Source: Octopus sinensis
Taxonomy: Eukaryota
Direction of reading: 5' to 3'
Assembly (NCBI RefSeq): GCF_006345805.1
Contig: NC_043019.1
Location: 2,232,001-2,296,000, forward strand
DNA length: 64,000 bases
Shown: piece by piece, positions 26,001 through 38,507 of the stretch
How the letters are laid out: the number at the start of each line of letters is the position of its first letter
Position numbering within the stretch: position 1 is the stretch's first letter
Made by a program: the position numbers and the translations under genes
Notes under the pieces: generated by a model
Database searches by the model: none
Told to the model about the DNA's origin: nothing
What the model saw: the letters and a program-made list of their open reading frames with translations, nothing else

Positions 26001-27059
26001 TCTTAACCACGCAGCCATGCTTGTTGTATTAATACTCGTATCAATTTATAGCAACTAGATTAGGTGCTAAATGAGGTTAGGTCCATTGGTGTTAAAGCCT
26101 GTTATTAATTATCATCAAGCATTTTAATGTCAATGGTGCTACAACCGTCCCAATTTGCAATATAACATTTTAAAGAAATGTACATTTGAGAATGCAATCC
26201 TTGATACGCCTGAAAAAAGCTTTCGTCGTAGATCTGATGGACTATAGCTGACTTGAGTGTAAACAAAAACCATATCATCCTTCAAAGGTAAGTCATTCGT
26301 CAGAAATCATATGCTAACAGAATTACCAAATACTCCCCTTTACATTGTTAGTGAAAGCCATCGCAGATGTTGCCTCTGTTTTTTATCTATAAAACCCATA
26401 CCAGTTAAATACTGGGGTGGGAGCAATTTTGTCGCCTACACTCTTCTCATGAAAATGTGTTAACTATTTATAGTCAGACTTTCAAAACTGCTCCCTGCTT
26501 TAAAGTAAACTAAATCTATTTAAAGCTGAAAGTTGTTTACATATTGTTGCTTTAAATCTCCATGGCTACCTCTATATAAATGGACACCATTTAAAGACCA
26601 TGAGCTGTGTATTTTCCTGTTGCATAACAATATGTGCTACTTTCACCGTCCCCGTTTTGAAAGTTATTGAGGAACACTATCAAGTTACAGAATGTGATGT
26701 CAGTTGAAATGTTTGTTTATTGAGTTCATTCTGTCTCTTTAAAAAGCTATTCTTGCAGAATGTCAAGATAAGACCAACCCATAAATATAAATATAACAGT
26801 AAAGATTAACAGGACAACATTACTTTGTTGTCAAAAGTGTTTAACACGAAATATGACGTATTCCATTGACAAGATCAACCTTGTCAAGATGGGTTTTTTT
26901 TTATTCGTTAGAGAGGGCAGGTCAGTGGCCATAACACTTTACGTGTTGAGTACCTCTAAGAATAGGGAGAGGATGGGTGGAAAACCTCATCTAAATTATT
27001 GCAACAGAGTGAACTCTGCATAAAAGGTGTTCGGTTTTAAACCGGGCGATGGATTAAGT

Positions 27060-27690
27060 CTAAATTCATGATTCAAAGAGACGTTCTGGTCATTCTGCAA
27101 TCTTAGGATGTCAGCAGGATCCTTGATCGCCTGCGATACTTTTTTTATATCATCGGCGTAGCCGGTGTGTGTGGTTGACTTTATGGCTGAGGGCATGTCC
27201 GAGAGAGCAACAACAAACAGTAGTGGACCCAGCACTGTTCCCTAGGGGGTTGGTGTCACTTCAGAGAGAGCACCATTTGCTGTGACAGTCTGACTTCTGC
27301 TCCTCAAGAAATCACGCATCCACTTTCTCAGTCTACCAGCGATATCGAGAAAACGCAATTTGTGACATATCATCCCATGATGGACTTTTGTCAAACGCCT
27401 TGGCAATGTCGGGATAATTCACATCCATATTTGAATGGTTGAGCTATTGTTTTAGTACCCAATTTGAATGGTTGAGCTGATGTTTTAGTTCTGTAGTAGC
27501 TGTTTTAGGCAGCTCTTTCCAGGAATTAAACCATGTTGTGTGTCTGTAAGCAAGTCATTTTCCACTAGGAACGTGGTCAGTTTTTTCTGACAATGCATTC
27601 CATGATCTTGCTGAAATGTGAGGTCAGAGAGAAAGGCCGGTAGCTTTTAGCATTTGTTCTGCCTCCTCCTTTGTGGACAAGGCAGATTAT
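27060..27690 (-). mobile_element. CR1-group LINE reverse transcriptase pseudogene fragment
   Basis: VHKGGGRTNAKSYRPFSLTSHFSKIMECIV, DIAKAFDK, HKLRFLDIAGRLRKWMRDFLRSRSQTV, GTVLGPLLF and GYADD motifs, with stops and frameshifts. Confidence 0.9.
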
Positions 27691-28119
27691 TCCTTCTTTC
27701 AACGTTTGAGAAAATGTACTGCATTCAAGGGAATTCTGGAAAAGCATTTGCAGTGGTTTTGCAGGTGGTTTTCGCAGTGGTTTCTTGCATGTTTTAAAAA
27801 AATTGGCGGGTGTTCATCTGGACCTGTTGCATTGTTTGGATTACCTCGTCAATGGCCGACAATTCATCCTCCTCTGTAATGTCAATGTAATTGATGGTCG
27901 CCTTTCCTCTTGTAGGTTACATGCGTTGAAGAACTCATCAGATTTGCTTATTTTCATGTTTTCTATGGAAATATTTTTTTAAAACATTTCATTTCATTTT
28001 TCCACAATTTAATTGGTTTTCGTGCTTTAGTATAAGCTGAAAAAGTTGCAAAGACTTGAAACCAGTACTACTCTTCATGATGAAATTATTTTAGCATTTT
28101 TTCCTTGTCTTATTTTTAC

Positions 28120-28183
<64 letters not shown>

Positions 28184-28190
28184 ATGTAGT

Positions 28191-28498
28191 AGGCGCGTAG
28201 GTTAGTGGTTCGGGTATTCAGCTAAGAGTTCAATTCCCGGCCTCGCATTGCGTCTTAGAGCAAGACGCTTTATTTCACGTTGTTCCAGCCCACTCAGTGG
28301 GAAAATATGTGTAGTACTCTGTTTCAAAGGGGGCCAGCTTTGTCGCATTCTGTGTCACACTGAATCTCCCTGAGGACTATGCTGAGGGTACACAAGTCTG
28401 TGGAATGCTCAGCCACTTGCACGCTTAATTTCACGAGCAGGCTGTTCCGTTGATCCGATCAACTGGAACACCCGTCGTCGTAAGGGGCGGAGTACCAG
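28191..28498 (+). mobile_element. Family-C SINE
   Basis: Homologous to 3095-3403. Confidence 0.8.
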
Positions 28499-28506
28499 TG
28501 ATATAT

Positions 28507-28543
<37 letters not shown>

Positions 28544-28586
28544 TTAAGTTTTTTTGTGCATCTTGATGCTGACATAAGTTCCTTGC

Positions 28587-28669
28587 TTTTCCTGATGAGA
28601 AGGCGGCATAATACACCCCTTATTCCTTCGAAATTAGGAATATGCAGCCTTCGAAACATATGTCGAAAA
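28587..28669 (+). ncRNA. Canonical type I hammerhead ribozyme with extended stem II
   Basis: Stem I TTTTC/GAAAA; core CTGATGA (28592-28598); stem II GAAGGC/GCCTTC extended by GCATA/TATGC; GAAA (28653-28656); palindromic stem III ACATATGT; UC at 28663-28664. Confidence 0.85.
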
Positions 28670-28716
28670 TAAAATGAAGGAATTTTGTTAATTCGTCGTT
28701 CAACTCCATTCTTTCA

Positions 28717-28757
<41 letters not shown>

Positions 28758-28857
28758 TAATCCAAACATGTAAACACAAAGAGTAAACACAACAACGCGA
28801 GGACGTGGAACAAGTATAGTGTTATTGGACGCTCAGGAAAGGAAAGAAGAAGGAGGA

Positions 28858-28891
28858 TTTTAACGTTTTGATCAGAGCTCTTCGCCAGAAA
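28858..28891 (-). ncRNA. Degenerate hammerhead-like motif
   Basis: TT CTGGCGA A GAGC-TCT-GATC AAAA CG TT AAAA; same layout as the 40883 motif with several core mutations. Confidence 0.4.
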
Positions 28892-28998
28892 CATAGGACA
28901 GGGAAAGATCCAAGGAAGGGAAGACGGAGGAAAAAAATTGCCAACGATACACACACGGTCACATATTGAATATATGAATATATGTATATGTATGTATG

Positions 28999-29098
<100 letters not shown>

Positions 29099-29100
29099 GC

Positions 29101-29270
29101 ACACGGTGGTGCTGACAGGTTCCTGGCTGGAGGCACTATTTTCCGAGTTCTTTTGAAGGGCTTAGATTCAGTTCGTGAATCTGAAAGGGGATTACATTGA
29201 ATAAAATTATAAGTAACAGATCATCTTGTATTTTCTTTTACTTAAAGCAAAGAAAATTTCAGCCCCACAA
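29101..29270. mobile_element. Degenerate mariner-derived MITE
   Basis: ggtggtgctgacaggttcctggct ... aaagcaaagaaaatttcagcccc; internal sequence matches 56157-56380. Confidence 0.65.
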
Positions 29271-29544
29271 AATATTATCAGCATCCATAGGAAAGAACTG
29301 AAATATAACGTCTCTGTATCTCCCATACTTAGCATTCCTTATTTATTAATAAGCGTTTGAGATTACCAACAGCTATTATAGGATTTTAATTGCTTTTAAT
29401 ATCCGTTAAGTTATATGTTTACCGATTCCTTCTTAGCACGTTTATGTGTATGAGTGTATATATATAGATATATATATTTATATTTATATATATATATATA
29501 TAAATGTGTGTGCACGTATATGTATATATATATGTATGCATTTA

Positions 29545-29795
29545 TCTCTCTCTATCCGCTCAGTCGAAGTCGACTCTCGGTTACACGTTGGATCAGTGTC
29601 CTCCAATCAGTTCTATCCTGGGCCGCTTCTTTCAGACAGGCTATGTCCATTCTGGTATCACTCTTGATGGTGTCAAGCCAACGGGTTCTTGGTCGGCCTC
29701 TTACTCTCTTGCCACTGAACACTCCGAGCATGATGTCCTTCTCCAGGGATTTTCTCCGCATAATATGACCGAAATATGCCAATATGACCGAAAAT
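29545..29795 (-). mobile_element. RTE LINE 3' end (5'-truncated)
   Basis: LAYFGHIMRRKSLEKDIMLGVFSGKRVRGRPRTRWLDTIK...AAQDRTDWRTLIQRVTESRLRL is the characteristic RTE ORF2 C-terminus. Confidence 0.92.
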
Positions 29796-29800
29796 GCATG

Positions 29801-29867
<67 letters not shown>

Positions 29868-30304
29868 AATAGTGTTTAGTTACTCCTGCACCATATTTTC
29901 GGGCTAGCTTCCAGATATCTGAGAATGGACACCTTCAGTAGACTTTCGTGGTAGTTGTCAAAGTTAATTATTAGATTTCCAAGATAGCTCATTCTTTCTG
30001 TTCATTAATGTTACGGGGGATTCTTAATATGATAATTATTATTTAAGCCAAACACATTTTGAACAATTACTGCATGTATTTGTTTGTATGCAAGATTCAA
30101 GATTCTATTGAAAATACAATAGGCTCATATTTAAGTCATTTTGCTTGTTGATTTTTGTGTCGTTGTTTGAACTACCTAATATGTTCATAATATTGCTACC
30201 ATATTTTACGTGAGCTTTCTGCAAAGTCCATATAAAATATGGTACTGCCAACTCGTTGCAATGTGGTAGCCTGATCTAAGATGCAGTTATTCATACATTC
30301 GATA

Positions 30305-30722
30305 AAGGCGACGAGCTGGCTGAACCGTTAGCACGCCGGGCGGAATGCGTAGCCGTATTTCGTCTGCCGTTACGTTCTGAGTTCAAATTCCGCCGAGGTC
30401 GACTTTTCCTTTCATCCTTTCGGGCTCGATAAATTAAGTACCAGTTACGCACTGGGGTCGATATAATCGACTTAATCCAAATGTCTGTCCTTGTTTGTTC
30501 CCTCTGTGTTTAGCCCCTAGTGGGTAGTAAAGAAATAGGTATTTCGTCTGTCGCTACGTTCTGAGTTCAAATTCCGCCGAGGTCGACTTTGCCTTTCATC
30601 CTTTCGGGGTCGATAAAATAAGTACCAGTTACGCAGTGGGGTCGATGTAATTGACTTAATCCCTTTGTCTGTCCTTGTTTGTCCTCTCTGTGTTTAGCTC
30701 CTTGTGGGGTAGTAAAGAAATA
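30305..30722 (+). mobile_element. Family-A SINE dimer (full + 5'-truncated) under one TSD
   Basis: TATTCATACATTCGAT at 30288-30303 and 30723-30738; internal junction after 30537. Confidence 0.9.
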
Positions 30723-31081
30723 TATTCATACATTCGATTTTGAATGGACATGGTTTCTCCTTGGTTTATTCTGGTTGTTCTGTATTGAAGGATTCTGTGC
30801 GTTTATAACGAGATAATTTTTTTTTTTTTTTAGATGAATACGAATACAGAATAACCGAATTTAGTATACGTCCTGACAAATAATTTATGATAGCTCGTTG
30901 TTATGGCGGAAATGATTGTTGATTTAGGATCGGGAATTGTTTTGCCGCGCAGAGTAATAAAGTACTTGCTGAACGGTGGATTGAAGTAGATCGCAGCTCT
31001 TCTCCTAATGCAGCTGTTTTATTGTTTGTAATTGATAAGTCATATACTGTTATGATTTTATTATCAATAGTTATAGCAGGT

Positions 31082-31661
31082 GAAGGCGCATGGCTCAGTG
31101 GTTAGAGTGTCGAGCTTACGATAGTGAGGTTGTGAGCTTAGGCGGTGAGCTGGCAGAAACGTTAGCACGCCGGGCGAAATGCGTAGCCGTATTTCGTCAG
31201 CCGTTACGTTCTGAGTTCAAATTCCGCCAAGGTCCACTTTGCCTTTCATCCTTTCGGGATCGATAAATTAAGTACCAGCTACGCACTGGGGTCGATGTAA
31301 TCGACTTAATCCGTTTGTCTGTCCTTGTTTGTCCCTTCTATGTTTAGCCCCTTGTGGGTAGTAAAGAAACGGATAGTGAGGTTGTGAGTTCGATTCCCAG
31401 ACTGGGCTGCGTGTTGTGTTCTTGAGCAAGACACTTTATTTCACGTTCCTCCAGTTCACTCAGCTGTAGAAATGAGTTGCGATGTCACTGGTGCCAAGCT
31501 GTATCGGCCTTTGCCTTTGATAACATCAGTGCTGTGGAGAGGGTAGGCTGGTATGCATGGACGACTGCTGGCCTTCCATAAACAAACTTGCCCGGACTTG
31601 TGCCTGGAAGAGTAACCTTCTAGGTGCAATCCCATGGTCATTCATGACCGAACAGGGTCTC
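31082..31661 (+). mobile_element. tRNA-headed CORE-like SINE with nested family-A SINE (about 31140-31370)
   Basis: 17-bp TSD GATAGTGAGGTTGTGAG at 31120-31136 and 31372-31388 within the host head. Confidence 0.88.
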
Positions 31662-31693
31662 ATATTTAGTTATAGCAGATTGTCTTGATAAGC

Positions 31694-31729
31694 TTGACCT
31701 CGGTTTCTGAAAAAATTGCTTCATCAGAA
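31694..31729 (-). ncRNA. Degenerate hammerhead-like motif
   Basis: TT CTGATGA AGCAATTTTTTCA GAAA CCGAGG TC AA: intact core and stem III, eroded stems I and II. Confidence 0.4.
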
Positions 31730-33574
31730 CAAAGGCTGTTTAGATTTTTTCGTGCGATAAAATACGAACAGTGTTATTGATTAATCTATCAATATGAATA
31801 TTTGCCGAAAGAAGCAGGAGAAATATATGTGCCTATTCTTTAAACAAAATCGGCCGTAATTTAAGAATAAGCATACAAGACACAAACATAATTTGTAAAA
31901 TATAACTTAAGGGATGTGGTGTAGTTGAAATTATTTCAACGGTTCATGGGAAACGCACTGTACTTTACAGATTTAGCAAAAATTAGCCGTGTAGATCGTT
32001 GCGAGATCCTGCCTTGATATAACGAGTATATAATTAGAATTTAATATTAGAGGTTGTGTGTATATATGTACATACACTCACATTCGAACATACACACATA
32101 CACATATACATTTATATATACATTCACAGTTACGCATACATGCGTGTGTATATATATTTATATGAACGTACACTCATACATCTATACATTGTTGCATGCA
32201 TATATATATATATATATGTATACATACGTGTTTATATTTCTACACATGTGTATGTGCAATTAATCACTGTCCTACTGCCTTCACATGCATGTGTGTGCAC
32301 GTGTGCGCGCGTGTGTGTGTGTGTGTGTGTGTGTAATTATAAATCCCTTTCCCCTTATAATTGTTGGCCTTGAGCCAAACTTTGAAAGAATTAAGTCGCT
32401 GGTGTATATTAAAGAGATATTGATAGAGACAAATTGGGACTGGGAGCTGGGTAGCAAACTAGAAGAGGTAACTGCAAATGGTGTCGCAACCAACGTGCTA
32501 GCCGTAAGAATGGCCCTCGATTATTTCTTCAATGCGAAACACACGAAGGTTGCATTGTTCTTTTTTTGTCTTAGCTCGTGCACTAAAACAAGAAGGAACG
32601 GAAGCCTTTCAATGGACTCGGGTGGTGAAGAGGTAACCTGGCAGCAAAGGCGTAATTCAGTCTTTGACAGATCAGGATGTGTGCGTATTATGTGGCTCCA
32701 TGCAAGTACGTCTGGCATTCCTGTAGCACTTTGCTCAACTGCTCCGAGTAGGCAATAGTTCACAGAGAATTATGGGTTGTAGTGGTTACCTCAACGCCCT
32801 GCTGCAACTAATCGACAAAGGAGACACGGCACTGCGAAAGGCCAATGGCAAGAGCTGACATACGAGAAGTATTAAGTGTTTACGCAGGGGACAAATCGCC
32901 CGGTTTGTATGGTCTGTTCTATAAGTTTCCTATGTCACATACGTTTTGAAAGCTCGTAGAAAATGTCTATCATAACTGGCAGCAAAATTGAAGAATTTAC
33001 ATTGCTGTGAGGTATGTTAACGGTGCTGAAAATGGCCACTAACAAAGGAAATATTATAGACAATTTCCGACCCATAAATGCAAGGTTTAAAATTTGGGGC
33101 AAGGCGTAAGTAAAGATATTGGCACTTGTCGTAGGTGGTCTTATCAGAGAAGCTCAAATGTGTGTGATACCCAATAGATCCATATATTGCACCTCATGCA
33201 ATATATCAGCGATAGGATCGACCATGGATATTTGACAACAGTCCTAAAAGCAGTCGGTTTCGGACCCGCTTTCAGTGGCTAAATTGCAGCATTGCACAGA
33301 GGTGCTTCTTCGGTGGTCTAAGTAATCAGCCACCACTCGGAACCGTCTTATATCATGTGTTCGATCCGTTAGGGGTTTTTCTCTTTCTGTAAGTACTAGT
33401 GCTCGAGCCTTTGCTGCTGCTAAGAAGCTTGAGGACATCCGTTTCGAACTAGAATGCGAGGTCGATGAAATAAACACCAACTAATCATTGGGGGTCTACA
33501 TAACCAAAAAGCCCCATCTCCCAAAATTTCAAGCCTTGTGCGAATGGTAGAAAGTATTATCATTTTAATTATTT

Positions 33575-33945
33575 AAGGCAATGAGCTGGCAGAATCGTTA
33601 GCACGCCGGATGGAATACTTGGCAGCATTTACGTTCTGAGTTCAAATTCTCCCGAGGTTGACTTTGCCTTTCATCCTTTCAGGGTTGGTAAAATATGTAC
33701 TAATTAAACACTGGGGTTCGATGTAATCGACTCGTCCCCACCAAAAATTAAAAATTGCTGCTCTTGTGGCAAAATTTGAAACAATTATTATTTTAATTAT
33801 TAAATCGGTGAACTGGCAGTTTTGTTAGAGCATCGGAAAAAAAGGCTGAGCAGCATTTCGTCTGTCTTTACGTTCTGAGTTCAAATTCCGTCGGCGTCGA
33901 CTTTACCTTTCATCCTTTTGGGGGCGATAAAATGAGTACAGGTCG
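33575..33945 (+). mobile_element. Two older family-A SINEs in tandem
   Basis: aaggcaatgagctggcagaatcgttagc... (33575-33780) and aactggcagttttgttagagc...gactttacctttcatcc (33805-33945). Confidence 0.75.
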
Positions 33946-34031
33946 ATGAAAACAACTAGCCACCATCAACAAAATTTCAGACTTTCGGATTATAGTATAA
34001 AGAATTATATCAAAATTATTAATAATATATA

Positions 34032-34460
34032 TTTCTTTACTGCCAACAAGGGGCTAAACAAGAACAAAGGGATTAAGTCGATTACATCGATCCCAGTGCG
34101 AAACTGGTACTTTATTTATCGACCCCGAAAGGATGAAAGGCAAAGTCGACCCCGGCGGAATTTGAACTCAGAACGTAACGGCAGACGAAATACGGCTACG
34201 CATTTCGCCTGGCGTGCTAACGTTTCTTATTTCTTTACTGCCCGCAAGGGGCTAAACACAGAGGAGACAAACAAGGACAGTCAAACAGATTAAGTCGATT
34301 ATATCAACCCCAGTGCGTAACTGGTACTTATTTAATCGACCCCGAAAAGATGAAAGGCAAAGTCGATCGCGGCGGAATTTGAATTCAGAACGTAAAGACA
34401 GACGAAATACAGCTACGCATTTCGCCCGGCGTGCTAATGTTTCTGCCAGCTCGCCGCCTT
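34032..34460 (-). mobile_element. Family-A SINE dimer under one TSD
   Basis: AAAATTATTAATAATATATA at 34012-34031 and 34473-34492, with 12 extra bases at the 5' junction. Confidence 0.85.
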
Positions 34461-34958
34461 TTAACTCTTTTAAAAATTATTAATAATATAATCGCCCGTC
34501 GTATGTAGTCAGAGTTTCATTAACATCCGGTTGCTGCATCTTGCAATATTTAATTTCATGCTCGATTTATCGCTGTTCTATCTATGAATGCAACTTCCGC
34601 TTTATTCTGTTCAATGACAAATACACTTAAGAGACGATTAAAAAAGACTCTTATAGCTATGCCAACGGCATTTTCATCTTTGCGGTCAGCTTTCCAAAAG
34701 GCATACCCTTCACTTGATACTGGGTGTATGCATTTGTACATCCTGCTATAGAGGACACAAGTTGTGCGTTTATTTCAAGGAAAGTAGAAATATTCATAAT
34801 TACTTAGTCATTTTATATTAATTTCAAATACCGTCCATTAGAAAATATTTTGTCTGTAGAAGAAATAAAGAAAGAGTTACGCTGACATAGAGGATAAAAA
34901 CTCACACGCGTGTTCCTTCAGAATAAACATCCTGAATATAAAGCTATATAATCAATGT

Positions 34959-35251
34959 TGTTTGTTCCTTCTCAAGCCATTCCTGACTCATAGGGCCGTT
35001 TTCCCGGTTTCCTTGGCGTATAGGTTCCTCACCTGGACGGGAGGCCGGTCCGTCGCAAGTGAGCTGCAAGAGGAAAGAGTGAAAATTGTGGCGAAAGAGT
35101 CAGCAGAAATTCGCCATTACCTTCTGCCAGAGCCGCGTGGAGATTAGGTCTTTCGCTCGAAAACACACACGTCGCCCAGTCTGAGATTCGAACCCGCGTT
35201 CCCTCGACTGCGAGTCCACTGCTCTAACCACTAGGCCATGTGCCGCCACAC
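34959..35251 (-). mobile_element. Family-F SINE, tail type 2, 11-bp TSD
   Basis: Head and body homologous to 10256-10541 but different tail; ATAATCAATGT at 34948-34958 and 35252-35262. Confidence 0.85.
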
Positions 35252-35625
35252 ATAATCAATGTAAAAGGCCGGTAATAATGATGTGGGGTAAGCTATTTAT
35301 GATTATTCCAAATTAGAGACACATGGCATCTTATATTAAAGAATTGGTGATTCGAACCCCCGGCCAGGCCTGGACCAGTAGATTCATGATCAAAGAAATT
35401 TTAACAAAAAAATATCGTCGTTTTAATGAGTCACAATATATCTAGGAGTCATTATCGTAAGTGGACTTTACTTTTGTTTTCTTTTTTCTGGAGTATGTAG
35501 GGTGTGGTTTGGTAGATATGTAGTGTTGCTTCTAGCAGTGTGAGAGACTGCGTAGAGGCTTCCACGTTTGCCTTGTGAGGAAGATAAGGTGTAATCTCTG
35601 TAGACAGCATTAGGGAAATTTTTTC

Positions 35626-36062
35626 GGATCTTTTCGGTTTGAACGGCAGTTTTTTCTCGCGGTGTCATATGAAATTGTCACCCATAATTATGACCCTAGT
35701 ATCGATCTATTGCATTTCAATCTGTTTTAGGGTTAGTTAGGGTTAGGGTTAGTTAGAGTTAGTTAGGGTTAGGGGTAGGGAAGGATATCTTTTTTTCTTT
35801 ACAAATGTAAATAAACCCAACCTGTTTCTTAAACGAGGGACATATTCATACGGCACAGATACCTCAATAGACGTCATTGATTGGTTGAAATTGCAGAAAT
35901 TGAAGAAAAAAACAACAAATATCTTACAAACTATAGAATTTTCTCAATAAGCCAAGAGTAAAAGATGTTTTATAAACACATTCTGCCAGTATACGAAGTT
36001 TAAAATGTTTTGTTACGTGGAAATTATTTTTAAAAAAACTGCCGTTCAAACCGAAAAGATCC
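35626..36062. mobile_element. Merlin-like MITE, second copy (opposite orientation)
   Basis: Same TIRs as 6424-6833; TSD ATTTTTTC/ATTTTTTT (7 of 8); TTAGGG-type hexamers at 35727-35780. Confidence 0.8.
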
Positions 36063-36429
36063 ATTTTTTTCTACCTGTAATTGGAATTGGAAACGGGCTC
36101 GCGGAATTACCTGACAATGGATGAGAAGACACTTCTATTTGGAACTCAGCACCTCGGAAAGCAAACACTGAGTGTACGTTTGTGTGTGTGTGTGTGAGAA
36201 AACAAGAGACGTAGGTACTTAGTGCTCATTGTAAGAAGGCAAAGGGTACCAAGTACACTTATTACGTTTCTAACGTTCGGTTCGGTTCTCTCTTACCGTA
36301 AACCAACACGATTACCAACCAAATATCTATTACATACAACCTCTTCTATGTTGACCTCGGTTGTCTGTAACAACACAAAGCACTGCGCAGAAGCAATACC
36401 TCATCATATCGACAACAATATCAAGATAT

Positions 36430-36561
36430 TCGTGTGTGTATGTCTGTGTGTGTGTATGTATTGTGTGAGTGCGTATGTGTGTGTATGTGTGTGTGTACGT
36501 GTGTGTGTGGTGTGAGTGTGTGTGTGTGCGTGTGAGTGCGTATGTGTGTGTATGTGTGTGT

Positions 36562-36596
<35 letters not shown>

Positions 36597-36952
36597 TGTG
36601 TGTGTGTGTGTATGTGTGTGTACGTGTGTGTGTGTGAGTGTGTGTGTGTGTGTGAGTGTGTGTGTGTGTGAGTGCGTATGTGTGTGTATGTATGTGTATG
36701 TGTGTGTACGTGTGTGTGTGTGTGAGTGTGTGTGTGTGTGAGTGTGTGTGTGTGTGAGTGCGTATGTGTGTGTATGTATGTGTATGTGTGTGTACGTATG
36801 TGTGTGTGAGTGTGTGTTTGTGTGTGAGTGCATATGTGTGTGTATGTGTGTGTACGTGTGTGTATGTGTGAGTGTGTGTGTGTGTGTGAGTGCGTATGTG
36901 TGTGTATGTATGTGTATGTGTGTACGTGTGTGTGTGTGTACGTGTGTGTGTA
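36430..36952. repeat. Compound (TG)n minisatellite-like tract
   Basis: TG runs punctuated by recurring gagtgcgtat and gtacgt motifs. Confidence 0.95.
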
Positions 36953-37329
36953 TACTGCGGATCTCTGCGTTCTGATGATAACAATTGTATAACGATACTG
37001 GCAACAAGCTGAATGGACTATTTTTCTTTTTTTCGTAAGTCTTCTTAAGAGAAATTTCAAGAGGGTCTCATTATTTCCTTTCAATTTTGCAACAAAACTT
37101 TAAAAAGAAGTGTAATTTAATGATTTTCAAGATTTACTGTTAATAAATACATATGTTTGTATCTCTGTACTCACACACATACACTCACACATACATACAC
37201 ACAAACACCGCATGCACACACACATACATACATACATACATACATACATACATACACACACCACACACAGAGATAGCGAGGGAGAAGGTGTTGCAAATTA
37301 TGTTTGTATGTGCATGTATATGTTTAAGA

Positions 37330-37570
<241 letters not shown>

Positions 37571-38182
37571 AGATACCATACCGATATGTGTAGTACGCTG
37601 ATACTCGACGATAAACACCCCACACAGCATTCAAATATTCAAGACGCAAAGAAAAATACTCTTTACATTCCTACTACTTTACATTACTACGAGCTAGAAA
37701 CACACATACATACTTAACATTTATACACATGTACTCATACACACACACACATGCACTCCTGAACAAACACCCATACACGCACACTTATACACACATTCAC
37801 GTACCCATACACTCATACATTCTCAGAGACGTTCTCATGTAGATTTACAAACGAAACCAATTTCTTTTGTCCTTTCTACTTCCGGGTTATTTCAAAATAG
37901 CACTGAATGTTTCAGCGCATATTTTAATTTTTTGTTTCATCTTTCAATCCCTTTTTTTTTTCTTTCATTTGAATCCCATTCTTTCTCTTTAATGAACGAC
38001 CTCAGTGTCCGAAACGTTAGAAATTTACACGCACCACACGCGAACGCGTGTGTGCGTGTATCTGCGCGTTATCAACTCATAACAGCTTTAATTTTACCTT
38101 GCATGTTGCTATTTTGATTTCATTAAAGTGTTTGCGTATGTGTATGTGTATGCGTACGAATGTAGATATTCAAACACACACA

Positions 38183-38217
<35 letters not shown>

Positions 38218-38219
38218 CA

Positions 38220-38430
38220 ATTCACTTAATCAACGGTATATTATTGTTATTTTAATTTTAATATTTCTCTTATATGTAATTTTCTAGATGGTGTAATATA
38301 ATTGTTCATTTTGAATTGATAAAAGGTGTTTTTTTCTAATTTATATATATATATATAATATTTTGTGAAATTTGCTTTAGTATTTCTAAATAGAATTTAG
38401 AATAATATTCCCTCAAATAATAATAATAAT
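38220..38430 (-). repeat. AT-rich interspersed repeat (family of 12720-13120)
   Basis: ttttctagatggtgtaat...ttgttcattttgaattgataaaaggtg matches the inverse of the 12815 arm. Confidence 0.75.
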
Positions 38431-38440
38431 AATAATAATA

Positions 38441-38478
<38 letters not shown>

Positions 38479-38507
38479 CATATATAGATATACATATATA
38501 TATATAT

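Noticed and set aside
32285-32758. 157-aa ORF as a host exon
   Set aside because: It begins in a (TG)n tract, has no recognisable motif in any frame, and this length is plausible by chance at the local GC content.
35727-35780. True telomere or chromosome fusion scar
   Set aside because: Short TTAGGG tracts lie inside a TIR element with TSD, present twice in the window.
36972-37000. Hammerhead at CTGATGA
   Set aside because: No downstream GAAA and no stem I complement.
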